Shown one piece after another: positions 47,213 to 56,553 of a stretch of DNA of 64,000 nucleotides; within the stretch, counting starts at the first letter, position 1, and each line of letters opens with the position of its first letter. Origin of the DNA: Bacillales bacterium UBA1709 (GTDB lineage Bacteria; Bacillota_I; Bacilli_A; RFN20; UBA1709); contig DCJD01000012.1 of assembly GCA_002317215.1 (NCBI GenBank), positions 6,579 to 70,578 of the forward strand, written 5' to 3'. Both the position numbers and the translations under genes were made by a program. Under the pieces are notes generated by a model that saw nothing but the letters and a program-made list of their open reading frames with translations, was not told where the DNA came from and ran no database searches.

Positions 47213-47278
47213 TTATTTTTAAAATCATTTAGGAATTTTAATATTTTTAGAATATATATAAGTGAAAGGAGAAAATAT

Positions 47279-47491
47279 ATGAGACAACTTACAATTAAAG
47301 AAGAGAAGGGAATTAAAGGTGGTGAAGCATTAACTATTGCTCTTGTTTGCGCGGTAATGGCAACATCAATTTTTATTATTGTTGGATGGAAAATGTATCA
47401 ATCAACTAAGGGCTCAATTCAAATTCCAGGAGGCTTTAAATTTAGTTGGTCAGCAGTGAAATTAGGAATATCAAATATATTTAGAAAGTAA
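47279..47491 (+). CDS. Small hydrophobic peptide (70 aa) with a Gly-Gly leader-like N-terminus
   Basis: MRQLTIKEEKGIKGG, followed by the TM helix ALTIALVCAVMATSIFIIVGW. An RBS (aggag) lies upstream. Confidence 0.4.
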   Translation: MRQLTIKEEKGIKGGEALTIALVCAVMATSIFIIVGWKMYQSTKGSIQIPGGFKFSWSAVKLGISNIFRK

Positions 47492-48162
47492 TGAAAATTA
47501 GGGATATTTGCGAAAGCGATAAACCAAGAGAAAAAACATTAATAAAAGGCATTGAGAGTTTGTCGGATGCAGAACTTATTTCGTTATTAATAAGAACTGG
47601 TACAAGCTATGAATCGGCCATTGATCTTTCGTATGAAGTATTAAATAGAATTGGAGGTTTACAAGAATTAAAAAATACTACTTATAGTGAAATAGCTAGT
47701 ATTAAAGGAATGGGAGTTTCTAAAACGCTTGCTTTAATTGCGTGTGTAGAAGTAGCTAAAAGAATGGAGATAGAATATAAGCCCTTATCAAAGATTAAAT
47801 CTATCGAACAAATAGTTAACATTTTTGAACCTTTATTAAAAAATGAAAAGCAAGAATATCTTTATGGTTTATATTTGGATTCAAGACAAAATCTGATTAA
47901 ATATGTAATGCTATATAAAGGTGGTTTAAATGAGCATTACATACACCCAAGAGATATATTTAGAGAAGCAATAAAACTTAATGCTGCAGCGGTTATTTTG
48001 CTTCATAATCATCCTAGCGGTGAATGTGAACCGAGTAGCAAAGATGTTGAAACAACTTTAAGAATTCAAGAACTCGGTAAAGAGATAGGCATTCCCTTGA
48101 TTGATCATTTGATAATCGGAACAAAAAGACATTGTTCATTGAAACAATTGGGATTGATTTAA
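47491..48162 (+). CDS. radC: RadC-like JAB-domain protein (UPF0758)
   Basis: HNHPSG JAMM motif, with an HhH N-terminal domain. Confidence 0.85.
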   Translation: MKIRDICESDKPREKTLIKGIESLSDAELISLLIRTGTSYESAIDLSYEVLNRIGGLQELKNTTYSEIASIKGMGVSKTLALIACVEVAKRMEIEYKPLSKIKSIEQIVNIFEPLLKNEKQEYLYGLYLDSRQNLIKYVMLYKGGLNEHYIHPRDIFREAIKLNAAAVILLHNHPSGECEPSSKDVETTLRIQELGKEIGIPLIDHLIIGTKRHCSLKQLGLI

Positions 48163-48182
48163 ATATTATATATTTAACTAAT

Positions 48183-48321
48183 TGACTACAATATTGGCTT
48201 GTGGTAACATTTATTCGTTGTTAGCCTTCTTGGAGGGTTACAACCGCTCTCTATGGGTCTATAAAGCCATTGGCTACCTAATTAGGCGAGTCTTATCCAA
48301 ATTATAGGAGGTGTAATCAAA
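48183..48321 (+). promoter_or_regulatory. Promoter (TTGACT-17-TAACAT) and structured leader of the rplU-prp-rpmA operon (candidate L21 leader)
   Basis: The roughly 100-nt leader is relatively GC-rich, with a gttgttagcc...ggttacaac stem. Its position matches the L21 autoregulatory leader of Firmicutes. Confidence 0.4.
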
Positions 48322-48636
48322 ATGTACGCAATTATTGAAACAGGTGGAAAACAAATCAAAGTCGCAAAAGGAGATTTAGTTTTTGTTGAAAAACTAGATG
48401 CTAAAGTAGGAGAAGAAGTAGTTTTTGATAAAGTTCTTCTAGTATGTGACAAAAAAGCACAAGTTGGAAAACCATATGTTAAAAATGCAGTAGTAAAGGC
48501 TAGTGTCGAGAAACAAGACAAAGCAAAAAAGGTTATCGTCTTCAAATATCGTTCTAAAGCTAATGAAAGAAATAAGAACGGTCATAGACAACCATATACA
48601 AAAGTTAAAATTACTAGCATTGAAATTGGTGAATAA
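48322..48636 (+). CDS. rplU: 50S ribosomal protein L21
   Basis: [12 protein letters not shown]-terminus. Confidence 0.95.
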   Translation: MYAIIETGGKQIKVAKGDLVFVEKLDAKVGEEVVFDKVLLVCDKKAQVGKPYVKNAVVKASVEKQDKAKKVIVFKYRSKANERNKNGHRQPYTKVKITSIEIGE

Positions 48637-48941
48637 TGATTAATATTAGAATTACTACAAAAAATGATTTAATTGAAGAGATTATTATCGATGGACATAG
48701 TAATTATGATGAGTATGGAAAGGACATTGTATGTTCAGCTGTAAGCGCAATTACAATTGGCACTATTAATGCTCTTATTAAGCTTGTTAATAAAAATACT
48801 GTATATGCTAAAGATGATGGTTATGCATTAATTAAATTTGAAAAAGATAATTCTAGTCAAATTATTGCTCAAACAATGATTATTCAACTAAAGTCGATTG
48901 AAGATTCATACAAAGAATTTTTAAAAATTATTTATTCTTAA
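48636..48941 (+). CDS. prp: Ribosomal-processing cysteine protease Prp
   Basis: The GHS...C...S dyad context and its position between rplU and rpmA both fit Prp. Confidence 0.8.
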   Translation: MINIRITTKNDLIEEIIIDGHSNYDEYGKDIVCSAVSAITIGTINALIKLVNKNTVYAKDDGYALIKFEKDNSSQIIAQTMIIQLKSIEDSYKEFLKIIYS

Positions 48942-48956
48942 TACGGAGGTGTAATT

Positions 48957-49241
48957 ATGTTATTAAAATTATGTTTGCAATTATTCGCATCCAAAAAGGG
49001 TGTTGGTTCTACTAAAAACGGTAGGGACAGCGAATCTAAGAGATTGGGCGCTAAATTAAGTGACGGACAAGTTTGTACTAAAGGCGCAATAATTTATAGA
49101 CAACGTGGAACAAAAATTCATCCAGGAAATAATGTAGGTAAAGGTGGAGATGACACTTTATTTGCATTAATCGATGGTGTTGTAAAATATGAAAGAGTTG
49201 GCAAGTGCCGTACTCGCGTTTCAGTCTATCCAAAAGCTTAG
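48957..49241 (+). CDS. rpmA: 50S ribosomal protein L27 with an N-terminal propeptide
   Basis: [10 protein letters not shown]|[15 protein letters not shown]. The conserved mature N-terminus ASKKG is preceded by a 10-aa extension ending in F, which is the Prp cleavage site. Confidence 0.9.
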   Translation: MLLKLCLQLFASKKGVGSTKNGRDSESKRLGAKLSDGQVCTKGAIIYRQRGTKIHPGNNVGKGGDDTLFALIDGVVKYERVGKCRTRVSVYPKA

Positions 49242-49247
49242 TTAATA

Positions 49248-49277
49248 AATCCCCAATCGTTTGGGGGTTTGTTTATT
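49248..49277 (+). terminator. Terminator / attenuator between rpmA and obg
   Basis: ccccaatcgtttggggg hairpin followed by a T-run. Confidence 0.6.
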
Positions 49278-49289
49278 AAAGGTGCATTT

Positions 49290-50570
49290 ATGTTATTTGT
49301 AGATAAAGTTAAGTTAGAAATTAAAGCAGGAAATGGTGGCAATGGTGCTATTAGTTTTCATCGTGAGAAATACGTTGATAAAGGTGGACCAGCTGGAGGA
49401 GATGGGGGAAGAGGTGGAAGCATCTATTTCACAAGTGATTCCGGTTTGACAACTTTATTAGATATTAAATATAGAAGAATAATTGAGGCTAAAAGTGGAG
49501 AAAACGGCGGTAAAAATAATATGTATGGTAGATCTGCCGAAGATATTTATGTTAAAGTCCCTGTTGGCACTGTTGTTACTAATTTAGATGATAATCGCAT
49601 TATTGCTGATTTTAAAAAGCCAAATGAAACTAAATTAATTGCTAAAGGTGGACGTGGAGGAAGAGGAAATGCTAAATTTTGTAATAGCGTAAATCAAGTT
49701 CCAAAAGTTGCTGAAAATGGTGAACCAGGAGAAGACTTTAATGCCTCGGTTGAGTTAAAACTTTTAGCCGACGTTGGTTTGGTTGGTTTACCAAGCGTTG
49801 GTAAGAGCAGCATTATTAGCTGTGTAAGCGCTTGTAAGCCAGAAATTGCTAGTTATCATTTCACAACTTTAATTCCAAATCTTGGCGTTGTAAGATCCGG
49901 TGATGATTCTTTTGTTATGGCTGATTTACCTGGGTTAATTGAAGGTGCCAGTCAAGGAAAAGGTTTGGGGCTTCAATTCTTAAGACACATTGAAAGATGT
50001 AAAGTTTTGATTCATGTTGTTGACATGGGTCAAGAGGAAGGTCGAGATGCTTTAGAAGATTTTAGAGTTATTAATAAAGAATTAGAAAAATATAAAACTA
50101 TTCTTTTAAATAAACCAATGATTGTAGCTGCAAATAAAATGGATGTTGATGGTGCTAAAGAGAATTTGGAAAGATTTAAAAAAGAATTTAAAGATTATGA
50201 TATTTTTCCAATATCAAGTTTAACTCATAGCGGTTTAGATGCTTTAATCTTTAAGGCAAATGAGATTGTTAAAAAAGAAAAAGAATCTGCATTGCTTAGT
50301 GAGGAAGATATACAAACAAGTCATGTTTACAAAATCAAAGAGAAAGATAAAGGATATATCATTACTCATCCATCGCTTCATCTTTGGGTTGTAAGTGGAG
50401 AAAGAATTGAAAAATTGTATAGAATGACCAATATCACTGATGATGAAGGATTTATGTATTTGATATCAGTTATGAGAAAGATGGGTATTGATGATGAATT
50501 AACTGAACTTGGCGCAGTTGATGGTGATACTATTAAGCTATGCGATTTAGAAATGGATTATTTTAGTTAA
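49290..50570 (+). CDS. obg: GTPase Obg
   Basis: Starts at MLFVDKVKLEIKAGNGGNG (the Obg fold), and also carries the G domain GLPSVGKSS and the C-terminal OCT domain. Confidence 0.9.
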   Translation: MLFVDKVKLEIKAGNGGNGAISFHREKYVDKGGPAGGDGGRGGSIYFTSDSGLTTLLDIKYRRIIEAKSGENGGKNNMYGRSAEDIYVKVPVGTVVTNLDDNRIIADFKKPNETKLIAKGGRGGRGNAKFCNSVNQVPKVAENGEPGEDFNASVELKLLADVGLVGLPSVGKSSIISCVSACKPEIASYHFTTLIPNLGVVRSGDDSFVMADLPGLIEGASQGKGLGLQFLRHIERCKVLIHVVDMGQEEGRDALEDFRVINKELEKYKTILLNKPMIVAANKMDVDGAKENLERFKKEFKDYDIFPISSLTHSGLDALIFKANEIVKKEKESALLSEEDIQTSHVYKIKEKDKGYIITHPSLHLWVVSGERIEKLYRMTNITDDEGFMYLISVMRKMGIDDELTELGAVDGDTIKLCDLEMDYFS

Positions 50571-50572
50571 TT

Positions 50573-52363
50573 ATGAATGTAGTAAGATTATTGAATAAAT
50601 TTAGCAAAAAGTTTTTATGGATAATCGGGTTGATTGTTGGTGTTACTTTTTTGCTTAACTATATTAGAAGCTTAGTTCCATTATTGATTGGACAAGTATT
50701 TAGCATACTTGAAAATAAAGAATCCAATCTACCTGATTACTTATTATTCTTTTTTAATAACAAAGAAGGAATTAGTGCGATTATAACTGTTGCAGTTTCT
50801 ATTCTTTGCGTTTGCTTAGTAAGAGAAATAGTCAATGTATTTTCTGATTTTATTATCGGTTATGCTGGTGAATCAATTGGATATGTTATTCAAAACGGAT
50901 TTTATGAACATGTTCAAGATTTACCTTATTCATATTTAAACCGTGTTGAAACCGGAGATTTAATACAAAGATCAACTAATGATATAAATAGAGTTAAACA
51001 ATTCTATGGTGAAGTATTACCTGAAATGATTAATAATATTTTAAAAATCATTATTTATTCAACTCAGATATTTATGATTGTAAAAGATGATTTAGCAATC
51101 GGCTTTGCAATCATGGGTTTTATTCCAATTATTATTGTATTAGCCTTAGTATTTTTTAAAGGAATGGTCAAATACTTTGATGCTTTTGAAACTAACGAAG
51201 GAAAAGTATCAACTGTGGTTCAAGAAAATTTAACAGGTATCCGTGTTGTAAAAGCATTCGCTAATGAAGAATTAGAAATTAGAAAAGAAAGATCAATAAT
51301 GAATAGATTTGGTATAGCTTGGAAAAACATGATGAACCGTCTAACGGGATATTGGCCAACTGGAGATTTTCTTGGTTATACTATGCTTCTTGTCGCTTTT
51401 ACAATGGGCGCTTTAAGCATTAAAAATAATATTTTAACGTTATCAACAGTTGTATCATTGATATTCTATGTGGAATATTTAATGTGGCCAACTAGAATGC
51501 TTGGAAGAGAATTGAGTAATTTAGGAAGAACTAATATTGCTGCTAAAAGAATTCTTGAAATATGTGAGATGCCAAGCGAATATGATATTTGTAACGGGGA
51601 TTTAAAAGAACCAATTAAAGGTGGCATTGAATTTAAAAATGTTGGTTTTAAATTTGATGATGCAAACTTTCCATTACTAAAAAATGTCTCATTTAAAATT
51701 GAACCAGGTCAAACTGTATCGATTATTGGCAAAACTGGATGTGGTAAATCCACTTTAGTATCATTGATTAATAGACTTGTTGAACCAACAGAAGGAAAGA
51801 TATTAATTGATGGGATAGAAAGTACTAGATTTGAGAAAAAATATTTAAGAAGCAAAATTGGTTTAGTATTGCAAGAACCATTCTTGTTCACTAAAACTAT
51901 TGCCGATAATATTGGCATAGCACAAGGATCAAAAGATTTAGATGTAATAAAAGATGTTTCCGATATCGCAAGTGTTAGAAATGATATTGAACGTTTTGAA
52001 GAAGGATATGATACATTAGTTGGCGAAAGAGGAGTTACTCTTTCTGGCGGTCAAAAGCAAAGAATTAGTATAGCTAGAGCTATTGTTGATGAAAAACCAA
52101 TTCTAATTTTTGATGATTCATTAAGTGCGGTTGATACCGAAACTGATATTCATATTAGAAATGCTTTAAAATCAAGAAAATTAAAATCAACAACAATACT
52201 GATTACTCATAGAATCTCAACTGCTAAAGATTCTGATTTAATAATCGTTTTAGAAGATGGGAAGATTAGTAATATTGGAAAACATGATCAATTAATTAAA
52301 CAACCAGGATTATATAAAGAAATCTGGGATATCCAATCTAGCATTGAAAGAGAAGGTGAATAA
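50573..52363 (+). CDS. ABC exporter, fused permease/ATPase (heterodimer subunit 1)
   Basis: Six TM helices followed by an NBD carrying GKTGCGKST, LSGGQKQR and ILIFDD. Confidence 0.85.
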   Translation: MNVVRLLNKFSKKFLWIIGLIVGVTFLLNYIRSLVPLLIGQVFSILENKESNLPDYLLFFFNNKEGISAIITVAVSILCVCLVREIVNVFSDFIIGYAGESIGYVIQNGFYEHVQDLPYSYLNRVETGDLIQRSTNDINRVKQFYGEVLPEMINNILKIIIYSTQIFMIVKDDLAIGFAIMGFIPIIIVLALVFFKGMVKYFDAFETNEGKVSTVVQENLTGIRVVKAFANEELEIRKERSIMNRFGIAWKNMMNRLTGYWPTGDFLGYTMLLVAFTMGALSIKNNILTLSTVVSLIFYVEYLMWPTRMLGRELSNLGRTNIAAKRILEICEMPSEYDICNGDLKEPIKGGIEFKNVGFKFDDANFPLLKNVSFKIEPGQTVSIIGKTGCGKSTLVSLINRLVEPTEGKILIDGIESTRFEKKYLRSKIGLVLQEPFLFTKTIADNIGIAQGSKDLDVIKDVSDIASVRNDIERFEEGYDTLVGERGVTLSGGQKQRISIARAIVDEKPILIFDDSLSAVDTETDIHIRNALKSRKLKSTTILITHRISTAKDSDLIIVLEDGKISNIGKHDQLIKQPGLYKEIWDIQSSIEREGE

Positions 52364-52364
52364 T

Positions 52365-54206
52365 ATGAATGAAGAATACGATGATATTGACCTTAAGTCT
52401 AAATTAGATGCTAAGCTTTGGAAAAGAATTTTAAAGTATTTATTGCCATATAAAAAATACTTGTTTTTGGGTATTGCTGGAGTATTGATGCAAGCGTTCC
52501 TAGAAACTAAAATTATTGAATTTATTAGTCAACAAGGTATTGAAAAATATATTGAAAGTGGTTTTAATGGAACAACATTTAGTTTATTTGTTGCTGGATT
52601 ATTTGGCTTAATTGTTTTGGATGCAATAGTTTCAAGATGCTTCTTTTGGGCGTGTTCTAGATTAGAATGGTTTTTGTATAGTGATATGACAAATGAAGTA
52701 TATGATCATTTGCAAGGTTTATCTTATTCATTTTTTGATAAATACTCTGTTGGATGGTTAATGGCTAGAACCACTAGTGATACTAGCAAGGTTGGAGAAT
52801 TAATATCTTGGGGTTTTTCTGATTTAATATGGTGTATTTGTAAATTAATATTTATTTTTATTACGATGCTAAAGTATAGCGTTAAATTATCATTAGTTAT
52901 GGCAATTGCTGTACCTACTTTAGTTATTATTTCTTATTTCTTCAGAAAGATTATTGTTAAATATTTCTGGAGAGTAAGAAAGTTAGGATCTCAAGTTACA
53001 TCATCTTTAAATGAAGGAATTAGTGGTGCTAAAACTAGCAAAGTTTTAGTTATTGAAGATAAGAATTCAAAAGAATTTGATCAATTAACAACCAAATATA
53101 AAAATGTTAGTTTAAGAAGGGTCATTTTCACTACATTATATTATCAATCTATTGCCTTCTTATCAGCTTGTGGCATTGCTGCAATGTGTTATTTTGGTGG
53201 AGTTAGTGTAATAAAAGGAACTATCGAAGTCAGCGTATTATTCTTATTTATTTCATATTCAACAAACTTCTTTGAACCGGTTTTGGGTGTTGCAAGAACA
53301 ACAAACGATATGAAGCATGCTCAAGTTAGCGCTTCGCGTATTTGCAATTTACTCGATGTTAAAACAGAGATTCCTGATTCCAAAGAAGTAATTGAAAAAT
53401 ATGGAACATATGTAAATCCAAAGAAAGAAAATTGGGAAGAGTTAAAAGGAAATGTAAGATTTGAAAATGTTTCTTTTAAATATACCACAGGTTCAGGAAG
53501 ATATATTTTAGAAAACTTCAATCTAAATGTTGAAGAAGGAAAAACAATTGCTATTGTTGGAGAAACCGGAGCTGGTAAGTCTACTATTGTTAATTTATTA
53601 TGCCGTTTTTATGAGCCAACTAGTGGTACCATTTATATCGATGGTAAGGATTATAAAGAAAGAAGTGTTAATTGGCTTCATTCGAATTTGGGCTATGTAA
53701 TGCAAACTCCACATTTATTTAGTGGAACTATCAAAGAAAACATTCGTTATGGCAATATGAATGCTACCGATGAAGAAATTATCGCAGCAGCAAAAGCTGC
53801 TAATGCTGATGATTTTATAAATAAATTAGAGAATGGTTACAATACTGAAGTTGGCGAAGGTGGAAATAGATTATCACAAGGTCAAAAGCAATTGATTAGT
53901 TTTGCTAGAGCTATCGTAGCTAATCCAAGAATTATTGTATTGGATGAAGCAACTAGTAGTATCGATACAAAAACTGAAGCTTTAATTCAAAAAGCTATTT
54001 CAAATATTTTAAAAGGTAGAACCAGTTTTGTTATAGCGCATAGATTGTCTACTATTGTTAATGCTGATACGATTCTTGTTATTCAACAAGGAAAAATAAC
54101 TGAAGAAGGAACTCATAAAGAATTAATGAAATTAAAAGGTTATTATTATAAACTATATACAAATCAATTTATTGATGAAAAAATGTCTGAGATGGGGATT
54201 AAATAA
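52365..54206 (+). CDS. ABC exporter, fused permease/ATPase (heterodimer subunit 2)
   Basis: GETGAGKST, LSQGQKQL, and a degenerate-site partner as in LmrCD/YheIH. ATG 52365 comes after the upstream stop. Confidence 0.85.
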   Translation: MNEEYDDIDLKSKLDAKLWKRILKYLLPYKKYLFLGIAGVLMQAFLETKIIEFISQQGIEKYIESGFNGTTFSLFVAGLFGLIVLDAIVSRCFFWACSRLEWFLYSDMTNEVYDHLQGLSYSFFDKYSVGWLMARTTSDTSKVGELISWGFSDLIWCICKLIFIFITMLKYSVKLSLVMAIAVPTLVIISYFFRKIIVKYFWRVRKLGSQVTSSLNEGISGAKTSKVLVIEDKNSKEFDQLTTKYKNVSLRRVIFTTLYYQSIAFLSACGIAAMCYFGGVSVIKGTIEVSVLFLFISYSTNFFEPVLGVARTTNDMKHAQVSASRICNLLDVKTEIPDSKEVIEKYGTYVNPKKENWEELKGNVRFENVSFKYTTGSGRYILENFNLNVEEGKTIAIVGETGAGKSTIVNLLCRFYEPTSGTIYIDGKDYKERSVNWLHSNLGYVMQTPHLFSGTIKENIRYGNMNATDEEIIAAAKAANADDFINKLENGYNTEVGEGGNRLSQGQKQLISFARAIVANPRIIVLDEATSSIDTKTEALIQKAISNILKGRTSFVIAHRLSTIVNADTILVIQQGKITEEGTHKELMKLKGYYYKLYTNQFIDEKMSEMGIK

Positions 54207-54913
54207 TGAATTTAGTTAAATATAGCGATTACCTAGGAAACTTTTTAAAGAAATATTTAGAGGCCACAAAAGCTAGTGGCTATATTTTAGGTGTTAGCGG
54301 TGGAATTGATAGTGCTGTTGTCGCAGGATTATTAAAAAAATATTTGCCAGAGAAGTGCTATTGTTTAGTTATGCCTATACATTCCTCAAAAGAGGATGGT
54401 GAACTCGTTTGCAAAGAATTAGATTTGCCTTATCAAGTTCTCGATTTAACAAAAGTTTATGATAGTTATGTAGAAAATACCGAGAATGGCAAAGATCTTT
54501 CTTTAATTAATTTAAAAGTTAGATTAAGAATGGTTTCACTATATTATTATGCTCAGACAAGAAATATGCTTGTAATTGGTACAGATAATAAAGATGAATA
54601 CTATACTGGTTATTTTACCAAGTTTGGCGATGGAGCATATGATGTTAATCCATTAAGACATTTAACAAAAGGTGAAGTAAGAGATCTTGCAAAAATACTA
54701 AATATAAATCAGAAAATAATTGATAAAAAACCATCTGCAGATTTGATTGATGGAATTTGCGATGAAGATGAATTAAAGGTTTCTTATGATGATTTAGATA
54801 ACTATTTAAAGCATAAAAGAATACCTAAAGATGCAAAGAAAAGAATCAAATATTTGCACAAAATTAGTCAACATAAAAGAAAAATGCCAGTATTTCCTAA
54901 ACCATATAAATAA
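54206..54913 (+). CDS. nadE: NH3-dependent NAD+ synthetase
   Basis: SGGIDSAV PP-loop motif. Confidence 0.85.
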   Translation: MNLVKYSDYLGNFLKKYLEATKASGYILGVSGGIDSAVVAGLLKKYLPEKCYCLVMPIHSSKEDGELVCKELDLPYQVLDLTKVYDSYVENTENGKDLSLINLKVRLRMVSLYYYAQTRNMLVIGTDNKDEYYTGYFTKFGDGAYDVNPLRHLTKGEVRDLAKILNINQKIIDKKPSADLIDGICDEDELKVSYDDLDNYLKHKRIPKDAKKRIKYLHKISQHKRKMPVFPKPYK

Positions 54914-54926
54914 TAAGGAGGTTTAA

Positions 54927-55490
54927 ATGCTAGACTATATTAAAGGCAGCATTAAGGAAGTAAATAAGCATTATTTAGTAATAGAAGTAAAAGGATTTGG
55001 AATAGGTTTAAAAATATATCATTCAAATCCTTTTTTGTACTCAATTGAACAAGAATATAAAATATTAACTTATCTTCAAATTAAAGATGAAGAACGAAAT
55101 CTATTTGGTTTTATAGATAGTTATCAAAAGGCCTTGTTTTTACATTTAATTGAAGTTAATGGTATAGGTCCAAAAACTGCAATGAATATATTAAGCTCAG
55201 ATTCTACTGACAATATAATACTGGCTATTAATAATAGCGATATTAACTATCTAAAATCAATCGGTGGAATTGGATTAAAAACTGCACAGCAAATAGTTAT
55301 TACATTAAACGGAAAAATGAAAACGATGGATATTAATCAATCGAATATCTATATTCAAACGAAAGAAGCTTTAAGAAATTTAAATTTTAAGAATAGCGAA
55401 ATAAATGAAGTGTTTGCAAAATTAAAAAATAACTACTCAAATGTAAACGAGTGTTTAAAGGACGCTTTAGTATTGCTCAGAGGAAACTAA
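54927..55490 (+). CDS. ruvA: Holliday junction DNA helicase RuvA
   Basis: OB domain with MLDYIKG, and an HhH pair GIGPKTA...GIGLKTA. Confidence 0.85.
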   Translation: MLDYIKGSIKEVNKHYLVIEVKGFGIGLKIYHSNPFLYSIEQEYKILTYLQIKDEERNLFGFIDSYQKALFLHLIEVNGIGPKTAMNILSSDSTDNIILAINNSDINYLKSIGGIGLKTAQQIVITLNGKMKTMDINQSNIYIQTKEALRNLNFKNSEINEVFAKLKNNYSNVNECLKDALVLLRGN

Positions 55491-55491
55491 T

Positions 55492-56412
55492 ATGAATGAT
55501 AATACGAGTATAAGACCACAATATCTAGATGATTTTATTGGTCAAGAAGACATTGTAAAGAATTTAAAAGTTTATATCGAATCATGTAAAAGCAGAAACG
55601 AAGTGTTGGATCATTGTTTATTTTATGGACCACCTGGTCTTGGCAAAACCACAATTGCAAGAATTATCGCTAATGAAACAGGAGGAAACATTAAGGAAAT
55701 TAGTGGTCCAACAATTGAAAAAGCCGGTGACCTAGCAGCGATTTTATCAACTTTAGCTGAAGGCGATGTATTATTTATTGATGAGATACATAGAATAGAT
55801 AAAACGGCTGAAGAATTATTATATTCAGCAATGGAAGATTATTGCATTAATGTAATGGTCGGGAGTGATACATCTGCTAGAAATATAACTATAGATCTTC
55901 CTCCTTTTATACTGGTTGGAGCAACTACAAAGATAGGATTAATTTCTCACCCTCTTAGAGATCGTTTTGGTATAACATTTAAGTTCAGCGAATATAGCGA
56001 AGAATCAATTAGAAGAATTATAGTAAGGACCGCTTCAATATTGGATATAAATTTTGATTTAGAAAGCACAAAATTTATTGCTTCTATTTCGCGAGGAACA
56101 CCCCGTATTTCAAATAAAATAGTCCGAAGAATACGTGATTTTCTCGATTTTGATAATATTTCTAATCCCTCAATCTCTATGATTAAAAAATATACAAAAA
56201 TAATAGGATATGATGCAGATGGTTTAACTAGCGAAGATAGAGAATATATTTCAATCTTAAGAGATAAATTTAACGGTGGTCCAGTTGGCTTAGTATTAAT
56301 ATCGGAATTAATGAATGATGAACCATCGAATATTGAGCAAGTAATTGAACCATATTTATTGAAAAAAGGCATTATACAACGAACTCCTAAAGGTAGAATA
56401 CTATTAAAATAA
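55492..56412 (+). CDS. ruvB: Holliday junction DNA helicase RuvB
   Basis: GPPGLGKTT Walker A on an AAA+ fold. Confidence 0.95.
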   Translation: MNDNTSIRPQYLDDFIGQEDIVKNLKVYIESCKSRNEVLDHCLFYGPPGLGKTTIARIIANETGGNIKEISGPTIEKAGDLAAILSTLAEGDVLFIDEIHRIDKTAEELLYSAMEDYCINVMVGSDTSARNITIDLPPFILVGATTKIGLISHPLRDRFGITFKFSEYSEESIRRIIVRTASILDINFDLESTKFIASISRGTPRISNKIVRRIRDFLDFDNISNPSISMIKKYTKIIGYDADGLTSEDREYISILRDKFNGGPVGLVLISELMNDEPSNIEQVIEPYLLKKGIIQRTPKGRILLK

Positions 56413-56553
56413 TATTATTTTAAATGTGTTAAAAATACGCCATATTTATATTCTATTTTATTGAAAATATAATATTATAATGATAATATTATTAAGACTT
56501 TTATCTTTTTTGTGCTTATTTTATAAAAAGAGAAGTAGTTTGGAGGATATACA

